43,103 bases of DNA from an uncultured Bacilli bacterium (GTDB lineage: Bacteria; Bacillota_I; Bacilli_A; ML615J-28; CAG-698): positions 1-43,103 of the forward strand of contig CANQVW010000002.1 of NCBI GenBank assembly GCA_947627395.1, written 5' to 3'. Below are positions 1 through 9,614 of the stretch, in pieces; position 1 is the stretch's first letter, and every line of letters begins with the position of its first letter. The position numbers were made by a program, and so were the translations under genes. The notes below the pieces were generated by a model. That model was given only the letters and a program-made list of their open reading frames with translations. It had not been told where the DNA came from and did no database searches.

Positions 1-182
1 CTTATACAGTCATTCGTGCAGGACACTGGTATCATCCAATTTATAAAGAAAATGTTTGGGATTTTAATCGCCTTTCTAAAAAGGACAAAATATTTGCTTA
101 TTATTGGTATGATTCACATCATGAAAATGAAGAAGATGTTTATCGAATGAATGAACAATATGAGGCGGTTATTGAAAAATGA
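1..182 (+). CDS. hypothetical protein, C-terminal fragment (gene runs off the left window edge)
   Basis: Frame 3 is open from the window edge to TGA 180-182. It translates to ...YTVIRAGHWYHPIYKENVWDFNRLSKKDKIFAYYWYDSHHENEEDVYRMNEQYEAVIEK*. The stop overlaps the next ATG as ATGA. No family recognised. Confidence 0.45.
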   Translation, partial: YTVIRAGHWYHPIYKENVWDFNRLSKKDKIFAYYWYDSHHENEEDVYRMNEQYEAVIEK

Positions 183-1132
183 AAATCATTTTATATGTTT
201 TTTCAGGTACAGGAAATACGTATCGAGTCAGTCAATTATATCAAAAATATTTTTCTAAGTTAAATGACCATAATCAAGTAGATATTTATAGAATCACACA
301 ACAAAATCAAACGATACCCCATCCTAAAGAATATGATTTAATAGGTATTGGATATCCAATTCATGCCTTTTGTGCCCCCGAACCCATCATTCAATTTTGC
401 AAGCAATTACCTGCTGTTCAAAAAAAGAAGACCTTTTTCTTTAAAACTTCAGGAGAAGGATTACATTTAAATGATTGTTCATCGCAAAAGTGTTTAAAAA
501 TTATTTCTAAAAAAGGGTATGATGTCATTATGGAAAAACATATTGTTATGCCCTACAATATGATTTATCGACATAAAGATGTCATGGCTAAACAAATGTG
601 GATATATGCTCATGCCATAGCTGATTTAAATTGTAGAGAATTAACAAAGTTATATGAAAACAATCAAAAAACAAAAGTAAAACGTACGATTTTAAAAAGA
701 ATGTGGACCAATCCCATTGGGTGGATTGAGCGAAGATTTGCTCATTTACATGGAACATGTTTTAAAGTAGATCAAAAAAAATGTATCCACTGTAATCAAT
801 GTGTGAAAAACTGCAGTCAAAACAACATCTCCATTCAAAATGGGAAATACAAATTTGGACACAAATGTGTGCTTTGTATGGGGTGCTCCTTCACATGTCC
901 ACAAGATGCCATCCACATTGGAATATTTAAATTTTGGAAAGTACATGGAAGTTACCACTTAAATCATCTTATGCAAGATGAAACTCTTGAATTTCCCTAT
1001 GTTCCAAATCATGCAAAAGGAATTTATCGAATCTATAAAAAGTATTATCGTGAAATGAATCAACAATTAGAAAAGGCAAACATCAATATTTACGACTATA
1101 TATACAAGGAAAAAGACCATGAAGTATTATAA
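179..1132 (+). CDS. flavodoxin-like domain fused to a 2x[4Fe-4S] ferredoxin domain (EFR1-type ferredoxin)
   Basis: The N-terminus MKIILYVFSGTGNTYRV is a flavodoxin-type start. Two cluster motifs are present: CIHCNQCVKNC and CVLCMGCSFTCP (CxxCxxCxxxC[P]). Confidence 0.8.
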   Translation: MKIILYVFSGTGNTYRVSQLYQKYFSKLNDHNQVDIYRITQQNQTIPHPKEYDLIGIGYPIHAFCAPEPIIQFCKQLPAVQKKKTFFFKTSGEGLHLNDCSSQKCLKIISKKGYDVIMEKHIVMPYNMIYRHKDVMAKQMWIYAHAIADLNCRELTKLYENNQKTKVKRTILKRMWTNPIGWIERRFAHLHGTCFKVDQKKCIHCNQCVKNCSQNNISIQNGKYKFGHKCVLCMGCSFTCPQDAIHIGIFKFWKVHGSYHLNHLMQDETLEFPYVPNHAKGIYRIYKKYYREMNQQLEKANINIYDYIYKEKDHEVL

Positions 1133-3320
1133 GATTGCAACATGGATTGTTTTTATACTTATTCTTTTGTTGGTCTTCTGGTTTATTATAAAGTTATGTC
1201 AAAGAAATAGAAAAGAAAGAATAGAATTTGTTCTAGAATTTAAAAAAGGAAAATGTTTCCTCCTTTATATATGGATTTTTCCCGTTTTATATATTGGTCA
1301 TGTATTTCAAAAAGGTTTTAATTTAGAAAATGCAATTTCTTCTATATTTTCAGCTGTTAGTGAAACAATGGAACTGGTTGTTTTAAAATATAAAACAGGC
1401 AATATTTCAAATTTAATGGATGCTTATTTAGGATATAAAGTAGTGATTTATATTTCCTTTCTATTGGTAATGTTGAATGTAATTTTATTTGCAGCATCTA
1501 TATTTGGACAGTTTGTTTGGCAACAAATACAGAAATGGAAATTTTACTTCAATAAAAGTGATGAATTAATTATCTTTGGAAAACACCCCAATAATCTATT
1601 GATATATCAAAGTGAAACGAATCGAAAAAAATATATTATTGATTCTTTTTCTTCTGAAGAAAGAGCTAAATTCTATTTAGAAAATATTTCTTATGTAAAA
1701 TATCAACAAGAAGAACAAATAAAAAACATTGAAAAGAAAATCAATGAGCATCAACAATATGTCGATATCATTATTAATTTTGATTCAGAAGAAATGAATA
1801 CAAATTTATGTGCTTCTTTCATTAAAAATATGATTGAAAAATATTCAAATCAGGAAGGTAAAGAAGCTTATGAAGTTTTAAATCGTTTATCTATTTATGT
1901 TTTTGGTCTTCCAGAATTTCAAGCAATTTATGAAAAAATTATGGAAAAAGGTCGTGGATGTATTCATTATGTGAATAAATATGATTGTATTGCAAGAGGT
2001 TTGATTGAAAAATATCCGTTTACTTTATTTATGAGTGAAGAACAAATCGATTACCAACGTTCAACAATCTATTCAGATGTAAACATCAATTGCTTTATGA
2101 TAGGATTTGGTAAAACAGGTCAACAAATATTTTTAAATTCTGTTGCTAATCATACATTTATCGAAGAGCGTGATGGAAAAATACAATTAAAACCAGTTCA
2201 ATATTATATTTATGATCGTCAAGAATTAGAAAAAAAGAAGAATTTAAATCATAATTATTATCGATATAAAAATGAGGTTCTTGTTAATAAAGATCATTAT
2301 GATCAATATCTTCCACTTCCTGATTATCCAGCACATGAAGAATATTATCATATGGATATTGATGATCCTTCTTTTTATCGTCATCTTCAAGAACAAATGA
2401 CAAAATCACCTAAAGACATTCATTTTATTATGATTACTTTTGGTTCAGATTTAAGTAATATTGATTTAGCACAAAAGTTGGCCATTAAAGTAGAAGAATG
2501 GAATGTGAAAAATGTTCATATTTTTGTGAAGGTAAGAAAATTAAACGAAATCATTCATGAACTAGTCTTAGATGATAAATATATTTTATTTGGTAATGAG
2601 CAAGAAGATGTCTATAACATTGAAAAAATAAAAGGTGGTATTACCAATGAAATGGCGCAATATAGAGATATAATCTATCAAATGACAAAAAATAATGAGT
2701 CATATGATGAAGTCTTAAAAAGATATAAACAAAAATGCAATGTTAATCAATGCCAAATAGAAAAAGAATCTAATCGATATGCCTTATTAAGTATGCGCTC
2801 TAAATTACATATGATGGGTCTTGATTATGAAAAAAAGAATCAGGATAATCGTGATGCCTTAAGTTTTGAAGAATATCTATCGATTTATTTAGGGGGTTCA
2901 TCTTTTCCTGATTTAGAAATTGAAAATGAAACAAGAATAAAGGAGCCTAAATTATTAAACATTCCTGATTCAAGAAGAAAAACCTTTGCCATTTTAGAAC
3001 ATTATCGTTGGAATGCTTATCAAATTTCAAGGGGAATCATTCCTTCCACAAAAAAACAAATTTTAGAAGAAAAAACAAGTAGTGGATCATTTACCAATGG
3101 GAAGAATTATCATTTACGTAGACATGGTAATTTAACAGATTTTGATGGATTAGTTACTTTTAGAGAAATGATTGCTGAGCGTGATTATAAGCTAGATCCA
3201 TCAAAAACTAAAGAACAATATGAAAAGGATAGGGATGTCATTAAATATGATTTCCAAATTTTAGATGATGCTTATTGGATCATGGAACATTGTGAATATA
3301 AAATCATACATAAAAAATAA
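1119..3320 (+). CDS. orphan membrane protein: N-terminal TM helices, two Rossmann-like modules (one with GFGKTG), C-terminal RyR-like EHxRW module
   Basis: 733-codon ORF that overlaps the upstream gene by 14 nt, with AAGGA 7 nt upstream of the ATG. Hydrophobic N-terminus (IATWIVFILILLLVFWFIIKL, VVIYISFLLVMLNVILFAASIF). MIGFGKTGQQIF fits a GxGxxG dinucleotide fold. The C-terminal LEHYRWNAY...RRHGNLTDFDGL...EKDRDVIKYD resembles bacterial RyR-domain proteins. The function is unknown. Confidence 0.7.
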   Translation: MKYYKIATWIVFILILLLVFWFIIKLCQRNRKERIEFVLEFKKGKCFLLYIWIFPVLYIGHVFQKGFNLENAISSIFSAVSETMELVVLKYKTGNISNLMDAYLGYKVVIYISFLLVMLNVILFAASIFGQFVWQQIQKWKFYFNKSDELIIFGKHPNNLLIYQSETNRKKYIIDSFSSEERAKFYLENISYVKYQQEEQIKNIEKKINEHQQYVDIIINFDSEEMNTNLCASFIKNMIEKYSNQEGKEAYEVLNRLSIYVFGLPEFQAIYEKIMEKGRGCIHYVNKYDCIARGLIEKYPFTLFMSEEQIDYQRSTIYSDVNINCFMIGFGKTGQQIFLNSVANHTFIEERDGKIQLKPVQYYIYDRQELEKKKNLNHNYYRYKNEVLVNKDHYDQYLPLPDYPAHEEYYHMDIDDPSFYRHLQEQMTKSPKDIHFIMITFGSDLSNIDLAQKLAIKVEEWNVKNVHIFVKVRKLNEIIHELVLDDKYILFGNEQEDVYNIEKIKGGITNEMAQYRDIIYQMTKNNESYDEVLKRYKQKCNVNQCQIEKESNRYALLSMRSKLHMMGLDYEKKNQDNRDALSFEEYLSIYLGGSSFPDLEIENETRIKEPKLLNIPDSRRKTFAILEHYRWNAYQISRGIIPSTKKQILEEKTSSGSFTNGKNYHLRRHGNLTDFDGLVTFREMIAERDYKLDPSKTKEQYEKDRDVIKYDFQILDDAYWIMEHCEYKIIHKK

Positions 3321-3326
3321 ATAAAA

Positions 3327-3366
3327 AAAGACATTTGGCATCATAAAGACTAAATGTCTTTTTTCT
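3327..3366 (+). terminator. intrinsic terminator
   Basis: Perfect 10-bp stem AAAGACATTT/AAATGTCTTT followed by a T-run. Confidence 0.8.
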
Positions 3367-3367
3367 T

Positions 3368-3396
3368 TTGACTTTTTATGTAAAAGAAAGTATAAT
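3368..3396 (+). promoter_or_regulatory. sigma-A type promoter of the ABC exporter operon
   Basis: TTGACT, 17 nt, TATAAT. Confidence 0.6.
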
Positions 3397-3420
3397 AGTA
3401 TCAATAGTAAGAGGAAAGAA

Positions 3421-5136
3421 ATGAAAAAAATATTAGAGTATGTGAAACCATATTGGGGAAGAATTTCCATTGGTTTAGTCATTAAAGTGATTGGAACATT
3501 AATGGATTTAGCGATCCCTTATGTTTTAAGTTATATTGTAGACCATCTTTTAGAAAAAGGGGACATTCAACTCATTTTTTTATTTGGTGGAATCATGATC
3601 GTATTTGCCATCATTGGGGTAACATTTAATGTCATTGCAAATCGTATGGCTAGTCGAGTTGCTCGGGATGTTACGAATCATCTTCGCCATGATTTATTCC
3701 AAAAAATTGAAAGTTTAAGTAGTGCACAAGTGGATGAAGTAACGATGCCATCCTTAATTTCTAGAATGAGTAGTGACACTTATAATATTCACCAAATGGT
3801 AGGAATGATGCAACGTTTAGGGGTACGTGCTCCAATTTTATTAATTGGTGGTATTATTGTTACCCTAACCTTAGACCCTATTTTAACGCTCATTTTGTTA
3901 GCAACACTTCCATTTATTGTTCTTGTTGTTTATTTAGTTTCTAAGGCAGGAATTCCATTATTTACAAAAGTGCAATTAGCTATCGATGATATGGTTAGAA
4001 CCATTCGTGAAAATGTAAGTGGAATTCGTGTTATTAAAGCTTTATCTAAAGCAGAATATGAAAAAGATCGTTTTGAAAAAGTGAATAAAGATGTCATGAA
4101 ATATGAGTTAAAATCAGGATACACCATGGCAAAATCAAGCCCACTCATCAATGTTTTTTTAAATATTGGATTAGTCGGAGTTATTGTTTTAGGAGCTTAT
4201 CGTGTCAATCAAGGAATCATTAAAGTAGGTGTTATTATTTCTTTTACCACTTATTTCACCATGATTTTAAATGCAATGTTATCTATTACAAGAATTTTTG
4301 TGATTTACTCAAGATCTTCAGCATCCGCAGCTCGTATTCAATATGTTTTTAATTTACCAAAAGACTTACAAAAAGAAGAAGGACATCCAATAAAACAAGA
4401 TGAAGGTTATATTACTTTTGATCATGTCACTTTTAGTTATAACAAGAAAAGAAACAATCTAGAAGACATTCATTTTTCTTTAGAAAAAGGAAAAAGCTTA
4501 GGAATTATTGGCGCAACAGGAAGTGGAAAAACAACTATTGTACAACTCTTAATGAGATTTTATGATATTGATCAAGGATCTATTCGTATTGATGGAGTGG
4601 ATATTCGTAGTTTTGATATTCAAGAATTAAGAAAAAAATTTGGTGTTGTTTTCCAAAATGATACTATCTTTACTGATACCATTTATGAAAATATTCATTT
4701 TTCTCGTGATTTAAGTTTAGAAGATATTACAAATGCAACAGAAGTTGCGCAAGCCAAAGAATTCATCTCCAAAGAACCAGAAGGTATTCAAACCCTATTA
4801 ACACCTAAAGGAACAAACATAAGTGGAGGGCAAAAACAAAGATTATTTATCGCTAGAGCTTTAGCAAATCATCCCGATATTCTCATTTTAGATGATGCTT
4901 CTAGTGCCTTAGATTATAAAACAGATGCAAAACTACGTCGTGATTTAAAGGAACATTTTTCAACAACCACTCAGATTATTGTTGCTCAAAGAATTAGTTC
5001 CATCATGAATTGTGATGCTATATTAGTGATTGATGAAGGGCATATGATTGGATATGGAACTCATGAAGAATTACTAAAAACTGTTGATATATATCAAGAA
5101 ATATATCGCTCACAAATGGGAGGTACATTATCATGA
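3421..5136 (+). CDS. ABC exporter permease/ATPase subunit (heterodimer half carrying the degenerate Walker B and H-loop)
   Basis: N-terminal 6-TM domain. Walker A GATGSGKTT, signature ISGGQKQR, Walker B ILILDDASSALD (Asp at the catalytic Glu position), H-loop VAQRIS. The stop overlaps the next ATG (ATGA). Confidence 0.9.
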   Translation: MKKILEYVKPYWGRISIGLVIKVIGTLMDLAIPYVLSYIVDHLLEKGDIQLIFLFGGIMIVFAIIGVTFNVIANRMASRVARDVTNHLRHDLFQKIESLSSAQVDEVTMPSLISRMSSDTYNIHQMVGMMQRLGVRAPILLIGGIIVTLTLDPILTLILLATLPFIVLVVYLVSKAGIPLFTKVQLAIDDMVRTIRENVSGIRVIKALSKAEYEKDRFEKVNKDVMKYELKSGYTMAKSSPLINVFLNIGLVGVIVLGAYRVNQGIIKVGVIISFTTYFTMILNAMLSITRIFVIYSRSSASAARIQYVFNLPKDLQKEEGHPIKQDEGYITFDHVTFSYNKKRNNLEDIHFSLEKGKSLGIIGATGSGKTTIVQLLMRFYDIDQGSIRIDGVDIRSFDIQELRKKFGVVFQNDTIFTDTIYENIHFSRDLSLEDITNATEVAQAKEFISKEPEGIQTLLTPKGTNISGGQKQRLFIARALANHPDILILDDASSALDYKTDAKLRRDLKEHFSTTTQIIVAQRISSIMNCDAILVIDEGHMIGYGTHEELLKTVDIYQEIYRSQMGGTLS

Positions 5137-6911
5137 ATCGACAACAAGGAAAAGTAAGAACATTCCAAAAACCCAAAGATGTCAGATATGTATTAAAAAG
5201 ATTGTGGCAATATTTATATCGTTTTAAATGGTCTTTATTACTCGCCTTTTTATTAACGGTTGCCTCTAATTTATTTTCTTTAGTTGGACCATTACTTTCA
5301 GGGTGGGCCATTGATGCCATTGGTGAAGGAATTGGCGAAGCACAGTTTGAGAAGATTTATTTTTATGCGATTTTAATGGTGATTTTTTATATTCTATCTT
5401 CTATCTTTTCTTACATTTTATCCAAACTGATGATGAAAATTGGTAAATCTGTTGTTTATGAAATGAGAAAAGATGCATTTGCAAAACTATCTATGCTTCC
5501 TGTATCTTATTATGATACCAATCAAATTGGAGATATTATTAGTAAAATGTCTTATGACATTGATACCATTAATACTTCTTTATCGAGTGATTTAATTTCC
5601 ATTTGTACAAGTGTGATTACCGTGATTGGATCCTTAATTATGATGATTATTATTTCTCCTATTCTCATTTTAGTATTTGTTATTACCATTCCAATTTCTT
5701 TATTATTCACTCGTTTTATGTTAAAGAGGACGCATAAATTATTCAAAGAGCGCTCTGCTACATTAGGATATTTGAATGGGTATGTTGAAGAGATGATAAC
5801 AGGAAACAAAACCATTCGTGCCTATGGAAGAGAAGAAAAAACATTAGATATTTTTGATGAATATAATACGAGAGCAACAACTGCTGCTTATCAAGCTGAA
5901 TATTATGGATCTATGACAGGACTAGGAGTCAATTTTGTAAACAATTTATCCTTATCTTTAGTTTGTATGTTTGGTGCTCTTTTAAATGTGTATAATGGCT
6001 TTAGTTTAGGTAAAATCGGTTCCTTTGTTTTATATTCGAAAAAGTTTTCAGGACCTATCAATGAAGTTGCCAATATATTTACAGATATACAATCGGCACT
6101 CGCGGCTGGTGAAAGAGTATTTGCTTTAATTGATGCCCCTGCGGAAAAGAAAGATATCGAAGATGCCATCGTCTTAGAGAATGTTCAGGGAAATGTAACC
6201 TTTCAAAATGTTCAATTTGGATATCTTCCAAATCAAACCATTATTCATGATTTAAGTTTTGAAGCCTTAGAAGGAAAAGTTGTTGCCATTGTTGGACCAA
6301 CAGGTGCTGGTAAAACGACAATTGTCAATTTATTAATGCGCTTTTATGATATTCAAGCTGGAGAAATTGATTTAGATCATATTCCAATTGACCATATTAC
6401 CAGAGCTAGTCTACGCAAAAGTTATGCCATGGTTTTACAAGATACTTGGTTGTTTCAAGGCACTGTTTATGATAATTTAGCATACGGAAAAGAAAATGCC
6501 ACCTTAGAAGATGTGCAAAAAGTAGCGCAAGCAGCAAGAATTCATCATTTTATTACAAGACTTCCTCAAGGATATGATACTGTACTTGTTGAAGGAGGAA
6601 TGAATATCTCTAAAGGACAAAAACAACTCTTAACCATTGCAAGGGCGATGCTATTAGATGCCAAGATGTTGATCTTAGATGAAGCTACTTCTAATGTCGA
6701 TACGAGAACAGAAATACAAATTCAAGAAGCCATGAAGCAACTCATGAAAGATAAAACTTGTTTTATCATTGCTCATCGCTTGTCCACCATTCAAAATGCT
6801 GATTTAATTTTAGTTGTGAAAGATGGAAATATTGTTGAAAAAGGAACACATCAAGAATTATTAAATCATGAAGGGTTTTATCATGAACTTTATTATTCAC
6901 AGTTTCAATAA
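5133..6911 (+). CDS. ABC exporter permease/ATPase subunit (heterodimer half with consensus Walker B and a degenerate signature)
   Basis: TM domain plus Walker A GPTGAGKTT, signature ISKGQKQL, Walker B LILDEATSNVD, H-loop IAHRLS. Confidence 0.9.
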   Translation: MNRQQGKVRTFQKPKDVRYVLKRLWQYLYRFKWSLLLAFLLTVASNLFSLVGPLLSGWAIDAIGEGIGEAQFEKIYFYAILMVIFYILSSIFSYILSKLMMKIGKSVVYEMRKDAFAKLSMLPVSYYDTNQIGDIISKMSYDIDTINTSLSSDLISICTSVITVIGSLIMMIIISPILILVFVITIPISLLFTRFMLKRTHKLFKERSATLGYLNGYVEEMITGNKTIRAYGREEKTLDIFDEYNTRATTAAYQAEYYGSMTGLGVNFVNNLSLSLVCMFGALLNVYNGFSLGKIGSFVLYSKKFSGPINEVANIFTDIQSALAAGERVFALIDAPAEKKDIEDAIVLENVQGNVTFQNVQFGYLPNQTIIHDLSFEALEGKVVAIVGPTGAGKTTIVNLLMRFYDIQAGEIDLDHIPIDHITRASLRKSYAMVLQDTWLFQGTVYDNLAYGKENATLEDVQKVAQAARIHHFITRLPQGYDTVLVEGGMNISKGQKQLLTIARAMLLDAKMLILDEATSNVDTRTEIQIQEAMKQLMKDKTCFIIAHRLSTIQNADLILVVKDGNIVEKGTHQELLNHEGFYHELYYSQFQ

Positions 6912-6976
6912 AGTTTTTCATAATTTTGCTTTATTTTTTAATGAAATATTGATATAATATAAATAGAGGTGTTTTT

Positions 6977-7363
6977 ATGAAAGAAAAAAGTTCTGTTCAA
7001 AACATGTTATCCATGATATCTAATATAACATTAATAGTTGTTGCCAGTTTAATGGTTTTAGGAGTATGGTTACAATATGAAAATTATGTAAACGTTATTG
7101 CTTATGCTTGTATTACTATGAGTGTTATCGGAATTGTGGTCAGTGTTTTAGAAACAAAAAAACCAATTGAAGTATTTAAACAATTAAATATTTATGCATT
7201 TTTAGTTGTTATTGTTATAGCCATTTCAATTATTTTATCTTCTCGTATATTGTTATATATTGGTCTTGCATTATTTGGATTAACCTTGATTTTATTTATG
7301 GTTCCCATTGTTGGCGAAAAATTATCAAAGAATAAAGAAGACGGGAAGAGTAAAAAGAAATGA
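6977..7363 (+). CDS. small integral membrane protein (about 4 TM) with a Lys-rich tail
   Basis: GAGGTG RBS before the ATG, four hydrophobic stretches, and a strong terminator right after the stop. No family recognised. Confidence 0.6.
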   Translation: MKEKSSVQNMLSMISNITLIVVASLMVLGVWLQYENYVNVIAYACITMSVIGIVVSVLETKKPIEVFKQLNIYAFLVVIVIAISIILSSRILLYIGLALFGLTLILFMVPIVGEKLSKNKEDGKSKKK

Positions 7364-7370
7364 AATAAAT

Positions 7371-7406
7371 AAAGTAAAGAGTTCTTTTCTCTTTACTTTA
7401 TTTTTT
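7371..7406 (+). terminator. intrinsic terminator
   Basis: Perfect 11-bp stem AAAGTAAAGAG/CTCTTTACTTT followed by T6. Confidence 0.85.
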
Positions 7407-7434
7407 AAAATAAAATGTCAAAGAAGGAGGAAAT

Positions 7435-9450
7435 ATGAGTTACAGCATTCACATCCGTTTTGTTGGTCAATGGGTATTAGATCATAAAGAAGATGAAGTA
7501 TTACCTATTTCTTATATGATTGAAGAAATCGAAAAAGAATTTGGAGAATCAATCGAATTAAAAGATGAAAGTATTACAGAATTAGAATTGGTATTAACCA
7601 ATGATAAAATTCAACCTGATGAAGTTAATACTAAAATCATCAATATCTTTTCAAATCATTATAAACAAGAAAATGACTTGAAAAACATAGAAATTGAAAT
7701 AGCAACTTACGAGGCTATAGAAACAAAAGAAACAACAAAAGAAGAATCTACGCAAGACGTTCCAACAAAACCGCTCGAAGAATCACATTCAAATACTTCA
7801 CATTTAGAAGAACTTACTAAAGAAGTTGAAGCATTAGTTGGAGCAGAAGATTTTAAAGCATTGATTAAAGAAGTATGCTTACTTGCTCCGATGATTCATG
7901 AAAATAAAACCCAAGATATTTTTCATCAACAGTCCTATCTATTTTCGATTAATGAGGGATGTGGACTCACGACTTATTTAAAATTGTTTTCTGAAATCAT
8001 TCAAGAACTAAAATTAAGAGAAATGTATTATGGGGATAAAGTATTAGAAATACATTTATTTCCCCAACAAAATGATCGACCAGATCCAATAGAAATGGCT
8101 TTGAAAATCATTTCTGAAAATAAAAAAGCGAAAGCTCAAATATTGTTAATTGATATTAGTGAATGGATGAGTGAGATGAACACTCCAACCTTTAAAAGAT
8201 TCTTATCTACGTTAGACCATTTTAAAAGTAATTATATCCTTGCTTTTCGTATTCCTTTTATTGAAAATGAAGTATTAGAAAAAGTACGTTATTCTTTAAA
8301 TGATTTAATGTTTGTGAAAACATTATGTTTTCCACCCTTTAGTCCTATGGAATTACAAATGTGTGCAAAGAATGAATTGGAAAAATATCATTTTAAAATG
8401 GAAAATAATGCATGGGAAGGATTTCAAGTGCGCCTTTCAGAAGAAAAAAGTGATGGCAAATTTTATGGAATGAATACTGTCAAAAAGGTGGTCCATGAAT
8501 TGTTATATAAAAAGCAATTATATAATGCCATTAAAAATACGAATGATTTCGTCATTCATAAAAAAGATACGCAAGATTTATGTCATTCATTTGTATTAAA
8601 TGAACTCAGTGGAGAAGAAGAGTTAAATCAATTGGTTATGGCTCCCCAATTAAGAGAAAAAATTGAAGAAGTCATTTCACAAATTGAACTTTCTCAATCC
8701 AGTCTACATTTTTCTACCCCATGTATTCATATGAGATTTGTTGGAAATCCTGGAACAGGAAAAACCACCGTTGCTAGAATCATTGGAAAAATCTTAAAAG
8801 AAAAAGGTGTTTTAAGAATTGGCAATTTCTTTGAATATTCTGGTCGCGATTTCTGCGGTCGATATGTGGGAGAAACAGCTCCAAAAACAGCAAGTATGTG
8901 TCGTGATGCATATGGGTCTGTCTTGTTTATCGATGAAGCTTATTCCTTATATAGAGGGGATGACAATTCAAGAGATTATGGTAGAGAAGCTTTGGATACA
9001 TTGATTGCGGAAATGGAAAATCATCGCTCTGATTTTGTTGTCATTATGGCGGGATATACAGATGATATGGCTAAGCTGATGGAGGGAAATGCTGGACTTG
9101 CAAGTCGTATGCCTTACGTCATAGAATTTCCAAATTTCACAAGAGAACAACTCACACAAATTTATTTATCCATGTTGTCTAAAGTAAAATATGAAGAAGA
9201 AGTTGTTGCAATGGTAGAGGAATATTTCAAGCATCTTCCAGATGAAATCATAGAAGCCAAAGAATTTAGTAATGCACGTTTTGTTCGTAATTTATTCGAA
9301 AGAACACAATCGAAAGCTGCAATGCGTTGTCGATTACAAAAGAAAAATGTCTTGGTGGTGACCCGAGATGATTTCAAACGAGCAACAAGTGATAAAGAAT
9401 TTAGTATCATTCTTCAAAAGAAAAAAAGAATTGGATTTGATGCTAAATAG
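7435..9450 (+). CDS. AAA+ ATPase of the SpoVK/CbbX family, with tandem modules (first one degenerate)
   Basis: GGAGG RBS. The C-terminal module has GNPGTGKTTVARIIGKIL (Walker A) and VLFIDEAYSLY (Walker B). An upstream module carries the same LVG-linker logic but has SINEGCGLTTY and ILLIDISEW instead. Confidence 0.8.
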   Translation: MSYSIHIRFVGQWVLDHKEDEVLPISYMIEEIEKEFGESIELKDESITELELVLTNDKIQPDEVNTKIINIFSNHYKQENDLKNIEIEIATYEAIETKETTKEESTQDVPTKPLEESHSNTSHLEELTKEVEALVGAEDFKALIKEVCLLAPMIHENKTQDIFHQQSYLFSINEGCGLTTYLKLFSEIIQELKLREMYYGDKVLEIHLFPQQNDRPDPIEMALKIISENKKAKAQILLIDISEWMSEMNTPTFKRFLSTLDHFKSNYILAFRIPFIENEVLEKVRYSLNDLMFVKTLCFPPFSPMELQMCAKNELEKYHFKMENNAWEGFQVRLSEEKSDGKFYGMNTVKKVVHELLYKKQLYNAIKNTNDFVIHKKDTQDLCHSFVLNELSGEEELNQLVMAPQLREKIEEVISQIELSQSSLHFSTPCIHMRFVGNPGTGKTTVARIIGKILKEKGVLRIGNFFEYSGRDFCGRYVGETAPKTASMCRDAYGSVLFIDEAYSLYRGDDNSRDYGREALDTLIAEMENHRSDFVVIMAGYTDDMAKLMEGNAGLASRMPYVIEFPNFTREQLTQIYLSMLSKVKYEEEVVAMVEEYFKHLPDEIIEAKEFSNARFVRNLFERTQSKAAMRCRLQKKNVLVVTRDDFKRATSDKEFSIILQKKKRIGFDAK

Positions 9451-9452
9451 AT

Positions 9453-9479
9453 AAAGAGTCTAAAAAGACTCTTTTTCTA
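9453..9479 (+). terminator. intrinsic terminator
   Basis: 8-bp stem AAAGAGTC/GACTCTTT followed by a T-run. Confidence 0.75.
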
Positions 9480-9564
9480 TAGGAAATATTCGCTAAAATA
9501 AAAAGAAACAAAAAAGCAAAAGAATAAAAAAATTATAATATTTCATACCATAAAAAGAAAAAAG

Positions 9565-9573
9565 TGGTATAAT
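9565..9573 (+). promoter_or_regulatory. extended -10 element upstream of sufC
   Basis: TGGTATAAT about 40 nt upstream of the sufC start. No good -35. Confidence 0.4.
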
Positions 9574-9614
9574 ATGTATGCTTTAAAATATACAAATAGA
9601 CAAGGAGAATCAAT

